Positions 32,917 to 55,129 of a stretch of DNA of 64,000 nt are shown here, piece after piece. The notes beneath the pieces were generated by a model. It had not been told where the DNA came from and ran no database searches. It worked only from the letters and a program-made list of their open reading frames with translations. The translations under genes were made by a program, and so were the position numbers. How positions within the stretch are numbered: position 1 is the stretch's first letter; each line of letters starts with the position of its first letter. The stretch lies in the NCBI RefSeq assembly GCF_009914755.1, contig NC_060947.1. One strand, given 5' to 3'. The DNA comes from the human T2T-CHM13v2.0 reference genome, Homo sapiens.

Positions 32917-37092
<4,176 letters not shown>

Positions 37093-37781
37093 TTTCAGTC
37101 TTTCACAACTAAGTATGATGGTAGAATGGTAGACACAAGATTTTTTTTTTTTTTTGGAGCAACATGCTGTTTCAATGAGAGCCTGGGTGCAGGTCGGCTG
37201 AGGCCTAAAATGGCATCAGCACCAAATGAGGACAGGGCAGGGGTTTTATAGTCTCCTGTAAACAGGAAGTGTCCCAGTCTGATGTGACTGTTACGTAGCA
37301 CCCGGACGGCCTCTTTCTCAATCTTCAGGGATACGTGTCTTCCGGTCAGGGTAGGTGTCTTCCGGCCCGCTCTCTTCCTGCTTCTGCTATCTTGCTGATG
37401 CACTCTGCTGATGCAAGTGGCCTTGTGCCTTGGGACTGGGCCTGAGAAGGGAGGAGTTACTCATCCCTTCAAGCTTGCAGGCCCCAGGGAGAATCTTTAA
37501 TTCTTATTTGGTTATAGAAAAAAGGGAAAAGGGGCGACTTTCTCAATAACTACTTCAGACGTGACATAGTGGGTGGCATGGGCACCTTGGAAAAAGAAAA
37601 CCTTAATTTTGGGCGTATTCTTGAGAGATGGGTTGGTATGCATTGTGTCGTTGTAGCAGGAGCATTGTCTGGATTGTCTGGCAGTTAACTGTAGTTTCAA
37701 CAAGAGTTTTAATGGCTTTTATTATCAGTGGGATAACACAGGGGAGAAACAGGAGGAGCCCAGTGATGAAGATTACTGTCC

Positions 37782-38126
37782 TTACCAGCGTTTTAATCCT
37801 CTTAAATTAGAGAACCACCCTCCTAGAAGGTTTGCCCGGTCCCATTCTTTCCAGGTTTGGACTGGCACATGGGCTACTTTTCTTATATTTGAAGCGATTT
37901 CTAGAACTGCTTTTCCGTTATCGTCTATGTTAAGACAGCAATTAGAGATATTAAACTTACCACAGACCCCACCCTCTTCTGCTAATAAGTAGTCTAGTGC
38001 TAGCCTGTTTTGATAAATTGCCACAAGCATTTGGTTTTGTTGTTGCGCGAGCATTTCCAGGGCTGAGGCGGTTTGGTTAGTGATTATCTCTAGAACCACC
38101 TGTAGTGTAATTATTCTACTTAGCAT
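37782..38126 (-). pseudogene. Retroviral env TM ectodomain remnant (ERV3/HERV-E-type)
   Basis: [27 protein letters not shown]: immunosuppressive domain plus cysteine motif; AHVPVQTWK as in ERV3-type Env. Confidence 0.92.
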
Positions 38127-38329
38127 ATATATGGGAATGTGATAACCCCATGAACCATCCTCAGCTCAAGTGGCAGGTCCGTAATATTCGATGATATGTT
38201 GTGGAGGCCATCTGTCCTCTTGCCATCTTTGGCTTCCTCCTACCTTTAAGGATTGTTTTTCTCTGTTTAAGTTCATACACAGGGACTCCGAGGGTGTTGC
38301 CCGCTGTTAATGTTTTGGAGGAAGGAGTA

Positions 38330-38712
38330 GGCTTGGGGGTGAGCTTGACCCTGGTGTGATGGACCCCGTGCGGGAGTCTTTGGGCTTTCACTGCAGTTGG
38401 CATGCTGAGTATCACAGTGTACGGGCCTGTCCACTTCGGTTGTAGCTTTTATTGAGGGTCGGGCTGGCAGATAAACACATCTGTGCCTGCAAGACAGTTA
38501 TGTTGAGAGGACAAGGAGGTGTCGACAGGGAGAGGCATGGCCTCATTTACTGCTTCACGAATAAAATACCGTGTCTGGATTAAGGAGGGGAGGTAACTCC
38601 CGAGTGGCTCAGAGTCTGCTAAGGGTGTAGGCCCTAAAACAAAAGTTCGGCAATACATGATTTCAAAGGGACTATAAAAAGAGGGTGGTTTTGGTGTTGC
38701 GTGGAGGGTAGG
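38330..38712 (-). pseudogene. Retroviral integrase C-terminal remnant (HERV-H/F-like)
   Basis: YSPFEIMY...YLPSLIQTR...LAG...LQPKWTGPYTVILSMPTAVK...VHHTRVKL with an in-frame stop. Confidence 0.85.
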
Positions 38713-38904
38713 CACAAGATTTTCATATTTCCTTTTGGGAGTTTTCTGAGAGTTTTTTTTGTTTTCTCATGAGTTGGGGGAACTGTTGCCAAATTTTGAC
38801 AAATGCTTTTTTTGCATCTATTGAGAACAAATGGTTTTTCTCATTAAGTCTATTAACGTGGTGAATTACAATAATTCATTTTCAAATGCCAAATTAAATT
38901 TTAT

Positions 38905-39500
38905 TTATACAAGATGAATAAGTTCTAGAGATCTGATGTACAGCATGGTGACTATAGTTAACAACACTGTATTGTATACTTGATATTTCCTAAGAAGGTA
39001 GAGCTGAAGTGTTCTCACCATAAAATAGAAAAGAAAATGGTGACTATGTGAGGTGGCAGACATATTAATTAGCTTGATTGTTGTGATCATTTCACAATGT
39101 ATTTCAATATCAATACGTCAATCTTCATACCTTAAAAATACACAGTTTGGGCCAGGCGCAGGAGCTCATGCTTGTAATCTCAGCACTTTGGGAGGCTGAG
39201 GCAAGAGGATTGCTTGAGCCTAGGAGTTCAAGAGCAGCCTGGGCAACCTAGTGGAACCCCATCTCCACAAAAAATTTTTAAAAATTGGCGGGTGTGGTGG
39301 TGGTGCATGCCTGTAGTCCCATCTACAGAGGCTGAGGCAGGAGGAACACCTGAACCTGGGTGGTCCAGGCTGCAGTGAGCCATGATTGCGCCACTGCACA
39401 TCTGCCTGAGTGACAAAGAAGTCTCTCTCTCTCTCTCTCTCATTATCGTATAATAACAAATATATACAATTTGTTATTTGTCAATTATATGTAAGTAAAG
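38905..39500 (+). mobile_element. L1MA 3' end with nested AluJ (39150-39425)
   Basis: GAATAAGTTCTAGAGATCTGATGTACAGCATGGTGACTATAGTTAA; Alu body. Confidence 0.85.
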
Positions 39501-41139
39501 CTGAGAAAATACTAAATATTGTATCCCTGGGGTAAACTCCATTATTCCTGATGTATTATCTTAGGCTTTTTCTAACTTTAGTACTGGCTTTAACATTCAG
39601 ATATGAACATGATTGATAAAATTATGTTAAGGGTTTTTATTATCAATTTCTGATGATTGAGTGTCTTAACACAAATAGGCATTGGGTATGTCAAATGCTT
39701 TTTTTCTTCTTCTACATTTATGAGAAGGATCATAAATTTTTACGAGGTTCTATTAAAATGACAAATCATTTTAAAGGCTTTCCTAATATTAAAAACCCTT
39801 GCATTCCTAGAATAATATGATTAATCATGAAATACTTTTATTTTGCCACCGGTTTTTTAAAATAACATTTAATTTTTTGTGTCAATATAAGTGAGTTTTG
39901 TCTATAGGATTTGGGTTAGTTTGTTTGTTTTGGCATTTGTTTTTGTTGTTGTAGGATCAGTGTTGCAATTACTCTAAAATTAAATTTTATACGGGTATCT
40001 CAGTTAACGACAGTGCCATAAATCTGAATCTCTCAACATATCCTCTAAAAATTCAAACATAACAAAAGAAAAACGAATGAATATACAGAAATCCACATCC
40101 ATAGCATAACTAAAAACATAGAAAATATCCAAACTTTGAAATCCGTACTTGGAAAAGTAAGCTTCAAATCTCGTGAACTTTCTTGTAAGGACTCCTATCA
40201 CATTTCTTCATGGAAAACAGTCTGGGAAATCTGATTGGAAGAGAGAATAGAGGAGCCAGCAGTAGGCCTAAAATTGATCTAAAACCACCACTAGATAGAG
40301 AAATTTATCCTAAGTGCAAATCTACTATAAGAGTGCTAGTAGATTGGAGTTCTTATGACAAGGAAGGGGCTTAAAGGACAGATAAAATGACAAAAATCAA
40401 CATCCACAACTTAATTAGAAGATGGACAATGCCCAAACTTTATTTAAGTTACCAGTAAATAGAGTAAATTTAAGTTATTTATTATTTAAGTTACCAGTAA
40501 ATAGAAAATTCAACAAATCCCAGTGAGCTACCTCTCAAGCACTCCTGTCACATTCCTTCACAGAGAACAAGGACAATCTGGGAAAAACTACATGGAGAAA
40601 GAAGTGGGGAAGCATCACACCCAAGATGAATCTAAAGTATTTGTCACAAAGACTAAGTCATACTAAGTGTGAAAGTACCGAAAATGTCCTAGAAGACCAA
40701 ACATTTTACTACAAGAAGAGAATTTAAAAGTGCCCTAAGACCAAAAGTCGTCACTTCTGGTAGAGAAGAAGGTGAAAAAGATGGGAGAAGTACCCTTTGA
40801 AGACTGGGTAGTGAAGAGGAAAGGAAGCAAAAGGGCAAAATATAGGACTTTGCAAAACAAAGAAAACCCAAATATGCAGAACACACAATCCCTCCTATTA
40901 CCACCAAAAAGTTAAAAAAAAAAAGATGCCAAGCAAAACATTGAAAAATAAAACTCTACTCTGCCAACCAAACAGAAGAGGGTGCCCTTGAACTACAAAT
41001 GTTATAAACTACTGCAAATTCATGAAATGATTAAGCAAAAATAAAGCTATTATAAGAAAAAAAAGAAAAAGAGAGAAACTCTGCTGATGAAATCTCCACC
41101 CCCAAAAGCTATGATGGTGAAGAAAATTAAAATAATACT

Positions 41140-41390
41140 CCTATGTAAGTTTCTTATGTTGTTGTAACAAATCACCTCTAGCTTACTAACACAAGTTGTT
41201 TGTTGGTTTAAAATAATGCAAATATATTATCTTACAGTTTTGGAGGTCAGAAATCTGAAATGGATCTTATGGGTAAAATTGAGGTTTTGGTAGTCATTCT
41301 GAAGGTTCTAGAAGAGAATCCATTTCCTTGTTGTTTCTAGCTTCTAGAGGCTGACTGCATTCATTGTCCTTTCTTCCATTTTCGAAGTGT
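41140..41390. mobile_element. MLT1 LTR fragment
   Basis: TTATCTTACAGTTTTGGAGGTCAGAAATCTGAAATGG motif. Confidence 0.7.
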
Positions 41391-41399
41391 ATCAGATAT

Positions 41400-44180
<2,781 letters not shown>

Positions 44181-44324
44181 AAATTAATCTGAAAATGTTG
44201 TTTCTTTTTCTAAGCTCTCAGATTAAGTAGCATTGGAATAATATTATTTTTGAAGGTTTCGCAGAATTCTATGAAATCTTTTTAGTTTGGTGCCATTTAT
44301 TGGAGGGAAATCTTTATCAAAACT

Positions 44325-44425
44325 TTTTTTTTTTTTGAGATGGAGTCTTGCTCTGTCGCCCGTGCTGGAGTGCAGTGGTGCAATCTCGACTGACTGCAAC
44401 CTCCGCCTCCTGGGTTCAAGCAACC
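44325..44425 (-). mobile_element. Alu right-arm fragment
   Basis: Poly-T plus GAGATGGAGTCTTGCTCTGTCGCC. Confidence 0.9.
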
Positions 44426-44559
44426 CGGAGGGTTTTTTTTGTTTTTCATTTTGCCTACTAGACTTTCTGTCTCTACTGGAGTCAGCAGGGCAAGTTGAAT
44501 TGTTCTAAAAATTATCCACATTTTCAACTTTATTTGCATAGAGTTGTCCAAAACAGTTT

Positions 44560-47250
<2,691 letters not shown>

Positions 47251-50200
47251 CAGGCACAATTGAATGTGGTGTCTGCTCTCTCCAATATCCAAAGAAGCCT
47301 ACCAAATATTGTACTCTTTTCTTAGTTGTGAGTGATGCCAATGTGTAGCAATTTGATTTCCAGACTACTGGACTCCTAATAACTTCTCTAATGAGTCAGG
47401 CCACAGAATTTGATGAGGTTTATCTCTCATGCTCTGGCACGCAAGTATCTTACTAAGGTATCTAGAGTGGCTTCTACTTTCTGTTCGTCAGCTCCATTAA
47501 GCATGATATCATCATTGTAAGTGGATTATGCAATGATTTGTGTGACATCAGGATGATTATGACTCCTCTGACTATCTTGTGAAAGAGCAAGATAATTGAC
47601 ATAGTACTGATGTAAGAAAGAAAGAAAGCGAAGCAGTTTCTCCAGTTCTTTAAAAGGCAGACTCCTTATTACCTTGATAGGGATGGGAGGCAAAGCATTT
47701 GCTAGGTCAGTATCCACAGAGTGATGAAGGAGACATTGACTTTCCAGGCCCAGAGATAAAGTGTGGTGAAGAAAGATCATACTGAAAGAGACATTCTCGC
47801 TGGGTTTCCAGGATTAGAGAGGAGTTCACTAGTTGAGAACCACGTGCATCTTACAGGCACTGCGTCAATCCTGTGCACAGAATTGGAAAGGAATGAGGTG
47901 TCTATGGGAACAGTAATAAGTTTATGTAGATGGATCAGTAAGAGTTAGGGCATGCACATAGGCTGGGTTTATATCTTGGAATGGCCCTAAGAAGGCCTGG
48001 AGAGTCAGCCCCTCCTTCATCGGTAGACACACACACACACACTTTCATGTGCCTCCTTTGCACATCGCTTACACTTTGTACATGACTGTACAATGCAGCA
48101 CTTTTCGTGTGGCTAAAGGTCTTGGGAAGCAGGGGAGAGTGGCATCCCTCTGGGCCAGCACTAGAGTATACTCATGCTGATGTCTGAATTTCCCCAGACA
48201 TTCACATAAATACAGGGTCATCAGAGGTTCACAGAGCAGCCTGGAACAATAAAAAGGCCACCTCTACTCTGCTATCCCTCTTCCCTAAAAGCCCCAACAG
48301 CAATTTTGTCTCCTCTCCAGGCCTGGTATGACCCAAGCTTTGTGCCTGTACTTGCTAGGGGACCCAGGCTCTTCTTCCCAGAAGTCCCTCTAAACCAGTG
48401 ACTTTGTCTCCTAAGTGATAAGATGCATTTGAGCAGCCAGGCCTCTCACCATAACTGACCCTTCTCAATCACTAAGGACACTGTTCACCATTGCTTGGTC
48501 TGAATACTTATGTAGCTAGAATCTACTCACTGTCACTAAATTCAAGATGTCAAAGGAAATATTGTCTGGAACTTCTTGTTTCTGTCTTTTTTTCCATATG
48601 AAAATACGATCTCTGTCCAGTTACACTCCCACCCCCAGCCTAAGCCTAGAGTGAAGTGGAATAAATGCAGAGAAGTGGTCCTGTTTTCTCCACAGTTCAG
48701 AAATGGAAAATTCAATATGTGTTTACAATGACAGCAAAGTTAAAATAGCTCATCTCATGCAATGTTGCCAAATGAAGGATAACAGAGACATAAACACTGT
48801 CCTTAAAAAGATTCTTTTAGAAGAAAAGTATGAATCGAATCATTTACTGAAGTACTGTTTGAACAGATGGTGTGATTAACAGCTAACATGTAAGCCATCT
48901 TGGGAGTTTATGGAAAAGTAAACGAATGCAGCTAAAAAGAAATCACTTTATTCCCCAAAAGGTTCTTTCATTCATTTTACTAAGTAAATTGGAAAGCCTG
49001 GGTTTTGAAGGCTGCATTTCCTTGGGGGATGTTAGGAGGGAGCAGAGGAGAGTCTCTTCAGAGCAAGACCATGTTGGTGCAGGGTCAAGCTCTGAACTCG
49101 CCTCCTGAGGGATGAGATGATCTGAGGATCTGGCCCCTCCCGTCAGCTGGCCCTTGCCAACCACTGAGGATGCTCTGTTCAGCTTGCTTGTCTCCAGTGG
49201 CCTCACGTGCCTGGGAGGAGGGGAAAGGAGTTAAGGTTTGGGAATCAGTTGTTCCTGGCCCTCTCTGGGCACTTTGCGTGGACTGTTTCCTCTGAGGCTA
49301 ACATCCCTGGGGTCACATGTTATAAGGCCAACTTACCCAACAGGGAAATGGGGTTTAAAAAGGAGGAAGTTGCCTACTAAGGCTGCACGGACACTTCTTT
49401 CGTGGAGCTGCCATTGAAACCCTGGTCTATTGAGTTCCAGAGCTCTTAGGAGAGGCAGTGGATTGTTGATGAAAGAGCGTGAAAGTCTGCTCTGCTAGCT
49501 TGTGCCTTGGGGACAACCGCTGTTCCCTTATGCACCACAGCTTCTACATCTGGAGGCTTTGAAATGATTTTCCTTTGCAATATTGCAACCATTGATACTG
49601 TGTCCCCTAGTAAGTGTGATTCCACTTCCTTCCTCTGTGTGTGTGTGTTTTTACTGTTATTATATTATTATTTTACAAAACAGCCTTTGAGAATATTCCT
49701 CTCGCCATTTGGTAAAGGAGGTGCCCCTTTTGAGTTACATTTGAATTTCACTCCAGGTCTTTACTAAGCAGAATGAAAAAGCCTACTGTGTTTTCTGTGT
49801 TGATATTTGACACTCCTTAGAGAAAGGACTCCTTTCTTGCATGGCATGACCTGTTGCAACATTGCTCCTGGTCAACAGAAGAAATTTCTGTCCCACCTCA
49901 GATACCCATCTGCTATAAATCTTGGCCGTTTGCACCTCATTTTATAGACACTTGAATCTGTGTCATCCTCACCACTCCTATCCTACTACTGTATGTTTCT
50001 GCAGGCAACAACAGTGTCTTGGGCTTCCTGAGATGCCACTTGCCTAAGGCCAATGCCTTATATGTGGTAGGTGCTCTTTCAAAATTTGGCCAATGTCCAA
50101 ACTTGCAACATTGTTTTATTGAGTTCTTAATACTGTTTCATTAGCACATAAAGCCTGCCATAATTCATCTTCAAAGGCAGCCATCTTCATTCCTTTCCAC

Positions 50201-51609
50201 ATGGCACCAATATTGTTTTATTAATTTACCGGGTGCTAAAAAGGTATATTCTAAACAATTCACTCTGAGGATCTTTTAGATTTTTAAATCTTTATATTTG
50301 TTTATCTCCAATAATTTGTCATGAAAGCTGACTTCTGGACTTACAGACCATATGCTTCTCCTAGGAGAAAGAGAAATGGCAAAATCAGCCCTTCAATTCA
50401 CCATGCTGGACTTTTCTTTTGAGTATAATCCAATAAAGGAACAATAAATGTTAATAAAGGATTGTATTAATTTCTTTTCAGTCTATAATAATTTTTTGTA
50501 CAGTTGTTACATTTAGTTTCCATGAAAACTTTATAGATTAACAATCAAATATCATTCACTATTGTTTTTCTTTATCCATAACACTAAGAAACAAAAAAAA
50601 TAAGAAATCAAATGTACCTGAAAATCATAGAGCTAAAAGAGTTCTTAATGATTGTATAATGCCATGTGGGAATGGTTGAGTGGGAAAGCAGATCATATAT
50701 TTTCTATAGTGTGACATAATGGCTATGAAAATATTTAGACATAAGAATGGGGAAAGAGGCCATATGATGATAGTGGTCATGGCTAAACAGTATGAATCTG
50801 GGTGGTTTTGTCCAATTGCCTATAGTTTGTTGTAGTTCCCACATTTTCTCTTTTGACAAAACGTTTATTAGAAATAGTAATTGTGTAATGAGATCATTTT
50901 GCTTTACAAATGAGAAAATTAAAGTCCAGGTGTTTTGAGAAAACCACCTCAAGAGATCTGGCCTCAGGAATTTAAAATTAAATTATACTTTGAATTCTGA
51001 TTTAAGAAAGACAGAGATTTATAATTTCATTTGTCAATTCATCCAAAAATTTGGGTGAAATAAAAATTCTGTAAAATTTAAGAGCAGGCACACATTTTAA
51101 AGTGGGAAAACATGGTTGTACATGAATAAGGAATATGTTTACCAGGTTTCCTCTTTCTTTCAGATGGAGTAGCCATTTAGACTCATCAGCTTGTGGAAAT
51201 ATCTCTTGCCCTACTCCCTAATGTCTTCTGTCAGTTATCTGCTCTTCCCAAGTGCCCATTGCCAATAGCAGCTTCAGCTGTCCAGGGATGCTCACAACCT
51301 CTGGTGCAAAAGGAGATTTGATTGTTTTCGCAAATGGCTGTCAACGTGTCTGGGTATGAGTTGGTTTCACTAAAGGAAACCTGAATTTTTTACATGATGA
51401 GTGTTATTTCTGCTAATTATTAACACCTCAAAATTAGATTGGCAGAAGTTTCACACCATGTTCAAGGACTACAAAAACTGGAAGGCTTAAATGCAGACTT
51501 CTCTGAGGACATTGAGACTGGAGACTAAGATCAACAGGATGTTTCCACGTCTCAGTTCCAAAGAGAGATTTAGAGGGCACAAAGGACTCTAAAAGAATGC
51601 TGTTTTAAG

Positions 51610-54600
51610 CATTGTCTGTATATTTTGGATACAAGTCTTTTATGAGATATGTCTTTTGAAAGAATTCTCGTGGTCTGTGGATTGTCATTTCATCCTCTAA
51701 ACTGCATCTTTTGCAGAGCAGACATTTTCATTTTAACGAAGTGTGATTTATCAAATTTATCTTTCATAGATCGTGTTTTTGCTGTTGTATCTAAAAAGTC
51801 ATCTCCAAACCAAAGGCCACCTAAATTTTATCCTATGTTACCTTCTTGAAATTGCAGTTTAAAAATTTAGGTCTATGATCCATTTTGAGTTAATTTTTAT
51901 AAAAGGTATCATGTCTGTATCTAGATTCATTTTTTTTGCATGTGGATATCCAGTAGCTTGAGCACCATTCATTGAAAAGACTATCCTTTCTCCACTGAGT
52001 TACCTTTGCTCTTTTGTCAAAGATAAGTTGACCATATTTGTGTAAATTCACTTCTGTGCTCTGTTTTATTCCATTGATTTCTTTGTCCATTCTTTTGCCA
52101 ATACCACACTGTCTTTATCACTATAGTTTTATAATAAATCTTGATGTCATATATCAGTCCTTCCTTTGTTCTTCTTCAGTATTATGTGGGCTATTCTGGG
52201 TCTTTTGCCTTCATATACAAAGTTAGAATCAGTTTATTAACATCCACAAAATAATATGCTTGTATTTTGGTTAGGATTGTATTAAACCTATAGATCAAGT
52301 TGTAAGAATTGACATCTTAATAATATTGTCTTCCTATCCACGAACATGAAATATTTATTTATTTACTTAAGTTTTACAGTTTTGTTCAAATGTATGTTTC
52401 TTATACATATTTTATAAAATTTACTTAAGCATTTCTGTCTTTTTTTTGGTGCTATAGTAAATGGTGCTGTGTTCCTAATTTCAGACTCCAAATGTTTATT
52501 GCTGGTATGTAGAAAAACAATTGACTCTTGTAAATTAATTTATTATCCTCTAAACTTGCTATAATTGCTTATTAGTTTAAGAGATTTGGGGATTTTTTTG
52601 GAGGGGGTCCTAAATAGGCAAACATATCACCTGTGGAACAAGACAGTTTTATTTCTTTTTTCCAGATCTCTGTATCTTTCATTTTATTTTCTTGTCTCAG
52701 CACAAAGTCGAGTAGCAGGGATGAGATGGGACATACATGTCTTGTTCCTAATCCCAGAAAGAAAACATCTAGTTTCTCACCATCAATTGTGATGTTATCC
52801 GTAAGGGTTTTTTTGTAGATATTGTTTATCAAGTTGGGAAACTTCCCTTCTTTTCCTTGTTTTCTGAGAATTTTTATCATCAATAAATGCTGTATTTTAT
52901 CAAATGCTTTTTTTCAATCTACTGATATGATCATATGATTTTTTTCTTCTTTACCTTTTGAAGTGAGCAATTATATTAATTGACGAACCAACCTTCCTTA
53001 CTTGGAATAAATTCCACATGGTTGTGATATATAATTTTTTCATTCATTTGTGATATATAACTCTATATATAACTCAATATTTTGTTGAGGATTTTGGTGT
53101 CTATACTCATGGAAGATATTTGTCTGTAGTTTCTCTTTCTTGCGATGTCTTTGGCTTAGTATTAGGGTAATTCTGTCCTTATAGAGTGAGTTAAGAAGTA
53201 TTATCTTTGCTTCTATTTTCTGCAAGAGATTATAGAAAATTTGTATCATTTCTTCTTTAAATGTTTGATAGAATTAATCTGGGAATGATGCTTTCTATTT
53301 GAGGTGGTTACTAATTGTTTATTTAATCTATTTAATAGACATAAGGCTATTCAGATTATGTATTTATCCTGGCGTGAGTTTTCATAGATCTCTGAGTCTT
53401 TCAAGGAATTGGCCCATTTCATCTAAATTATCAAATTTGTAGGCACAGGGATGTTTATAATATTCCTTTATTATCCTTTTAATGTCCATAGTATAAGTTG
53501 TGATGGCACCTCTTTTATTTACGATATTAGTAATACACCTCTTCTTTCTGATTTTCTTGGTTAGCCAGGGTTGAGGTTTATCAATCCTGTTGATCTGTTC
53601 AAAAAACCAGTTTTTGGTTTGTTGAATTTCTCTATTAATTTATTGTTTTCAATTTAATTGATTTCTACTTTAATTTTTATAGTTTCTTTTATTTTGCTTA
53701 CTTGAGTTTAATTTGTTATTCTTTTTTGAGTGTCCTAGGATGAAAAGTTAGATTATTGATTTTAGATCTCACTTTTCTGGTATATTCATCAACACTGTAA
53801 ATTTTCATCTAAATACTGCCTTTACTCCATTCCACACATTTTGATAAGTTGTATTTTCATTTCTAGTTAGTTCAAAATATTTCTAAAATTTCTTTTGAGT
53901 GTTCTTTGACTCATGTACTATTTAGAAGTGTGTTGTTTAATCTCTAAATATTTTGGAATTTTCTAGCCATTTTTCTGTTATTGATTTCTGGTTAAATTCC
54001 ATTGTGTTATGACATCATACTTTGTACAATTTCTATTCTTTTAAATTTGATAAGTTGTGTTTTCTATCTTGGGGAATGTACCATGTGAACTTGAGAAGAA
54101 CGTGTATCCTCCTGTTGTTGGATGAAATATTCTATAAATGTCAAATAGATTGAGTTGATTGATGGTGCGGCTCAGTTCTAGTATATCCCTATGGATATTT
54201 TTGCCTGCTGCATCTGTCAGTTACTGATAGAGGGGCATTAAAGTCTTCACTATAATAGTGAATTTGTCCATTTTTTTCTTACAGGTCTATTGGTTTTGCC
54301 ACACATGATTTTCATGCTCTATTGTTAGGTGCATGCGTATTGAGCAACATTATGTCTTCTTGGAAAATTGATTGCTTTATCACTAGGTAATACTCTTTTT
54401 TATACCTGATACTTTTTCTGGTTCTGTAGTCTGCTTCAAGCAAAATTAATATAGCTACTCTAGCTTTCTTTTGATTATTGTTAGCATAGTGTATCTTTCT
54501 TCATCTCATTACTTTTAATCTGTGTCTTTATATTTAAAGTGAGATTTTGTAGATAACATATAGTTGGGTTGCATGTTTAATCCATTCTGATAGTCTGTAT

Positions 54601-55120
54601 CTTTTAATTGGTGAATTTAGACCATTCATATTAAAGGTGCATATTGATATTGTGGGATAAATATTTATCATTTTTGTAACTGTTTTCTATTTATTGCCCT
54701 TGTTCTTTGTTTCTTATTTTATATTCCACTCTTTTTGCTTTGTTTACTCTGTTTTTTTCTAAATGATCTACTCTGGTTTTAATTGAGCATTTTAAATGTT
54801 TTCATTTTCTCTCCTATATTAGTATTTCACTTTTATCTATTTTTAATTTTTTAATGAATACCATAGAACTTGAAACAAACATTTATGACTAATCTAAGTC
54901 CAGTTTCAAATAACACTATACCATTCACAGATAAGGCAGATACCTTTAACAGAGTATTCCCAATTATTCTCTCCCACTCTTCATAACATTGCTCTCATAC
55001 ATTTCACATATCTATAAGCTATAATCTACCATATTGTTGTTCTTATTATTTTGAATAAGCTATTATCTGTTAGATCAGTTAAGAATGAATAAAATAACAA
55101 CACATGCTCATTAAGTTTCT
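51610..55120 (-). mobile_element. Long antisense L1M ORF2 remnant
   Basis: Continuous T-rich antisense L1 ORF2 motifs. Confidence 0.9.
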
Positions 55121-55129
55121 ATTCAACAA

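Larger units (their letters stand above)
37141..38712 (-). mobile_element. 5'-truncated processed retrocopy of a class I ERV RNA (HERV-F XA34/HERVFH21-like: IN C-terminus, env TM, U3-R, poly(A))
   Basis: IN motifs SPFEIMY and KWTGPY; TM with ISD; LTR ends after R in A15; TSD CACAAGATTTT at 37134-37144 and 38713-38723; family name recalled, not searched. Confidence 0.88.
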
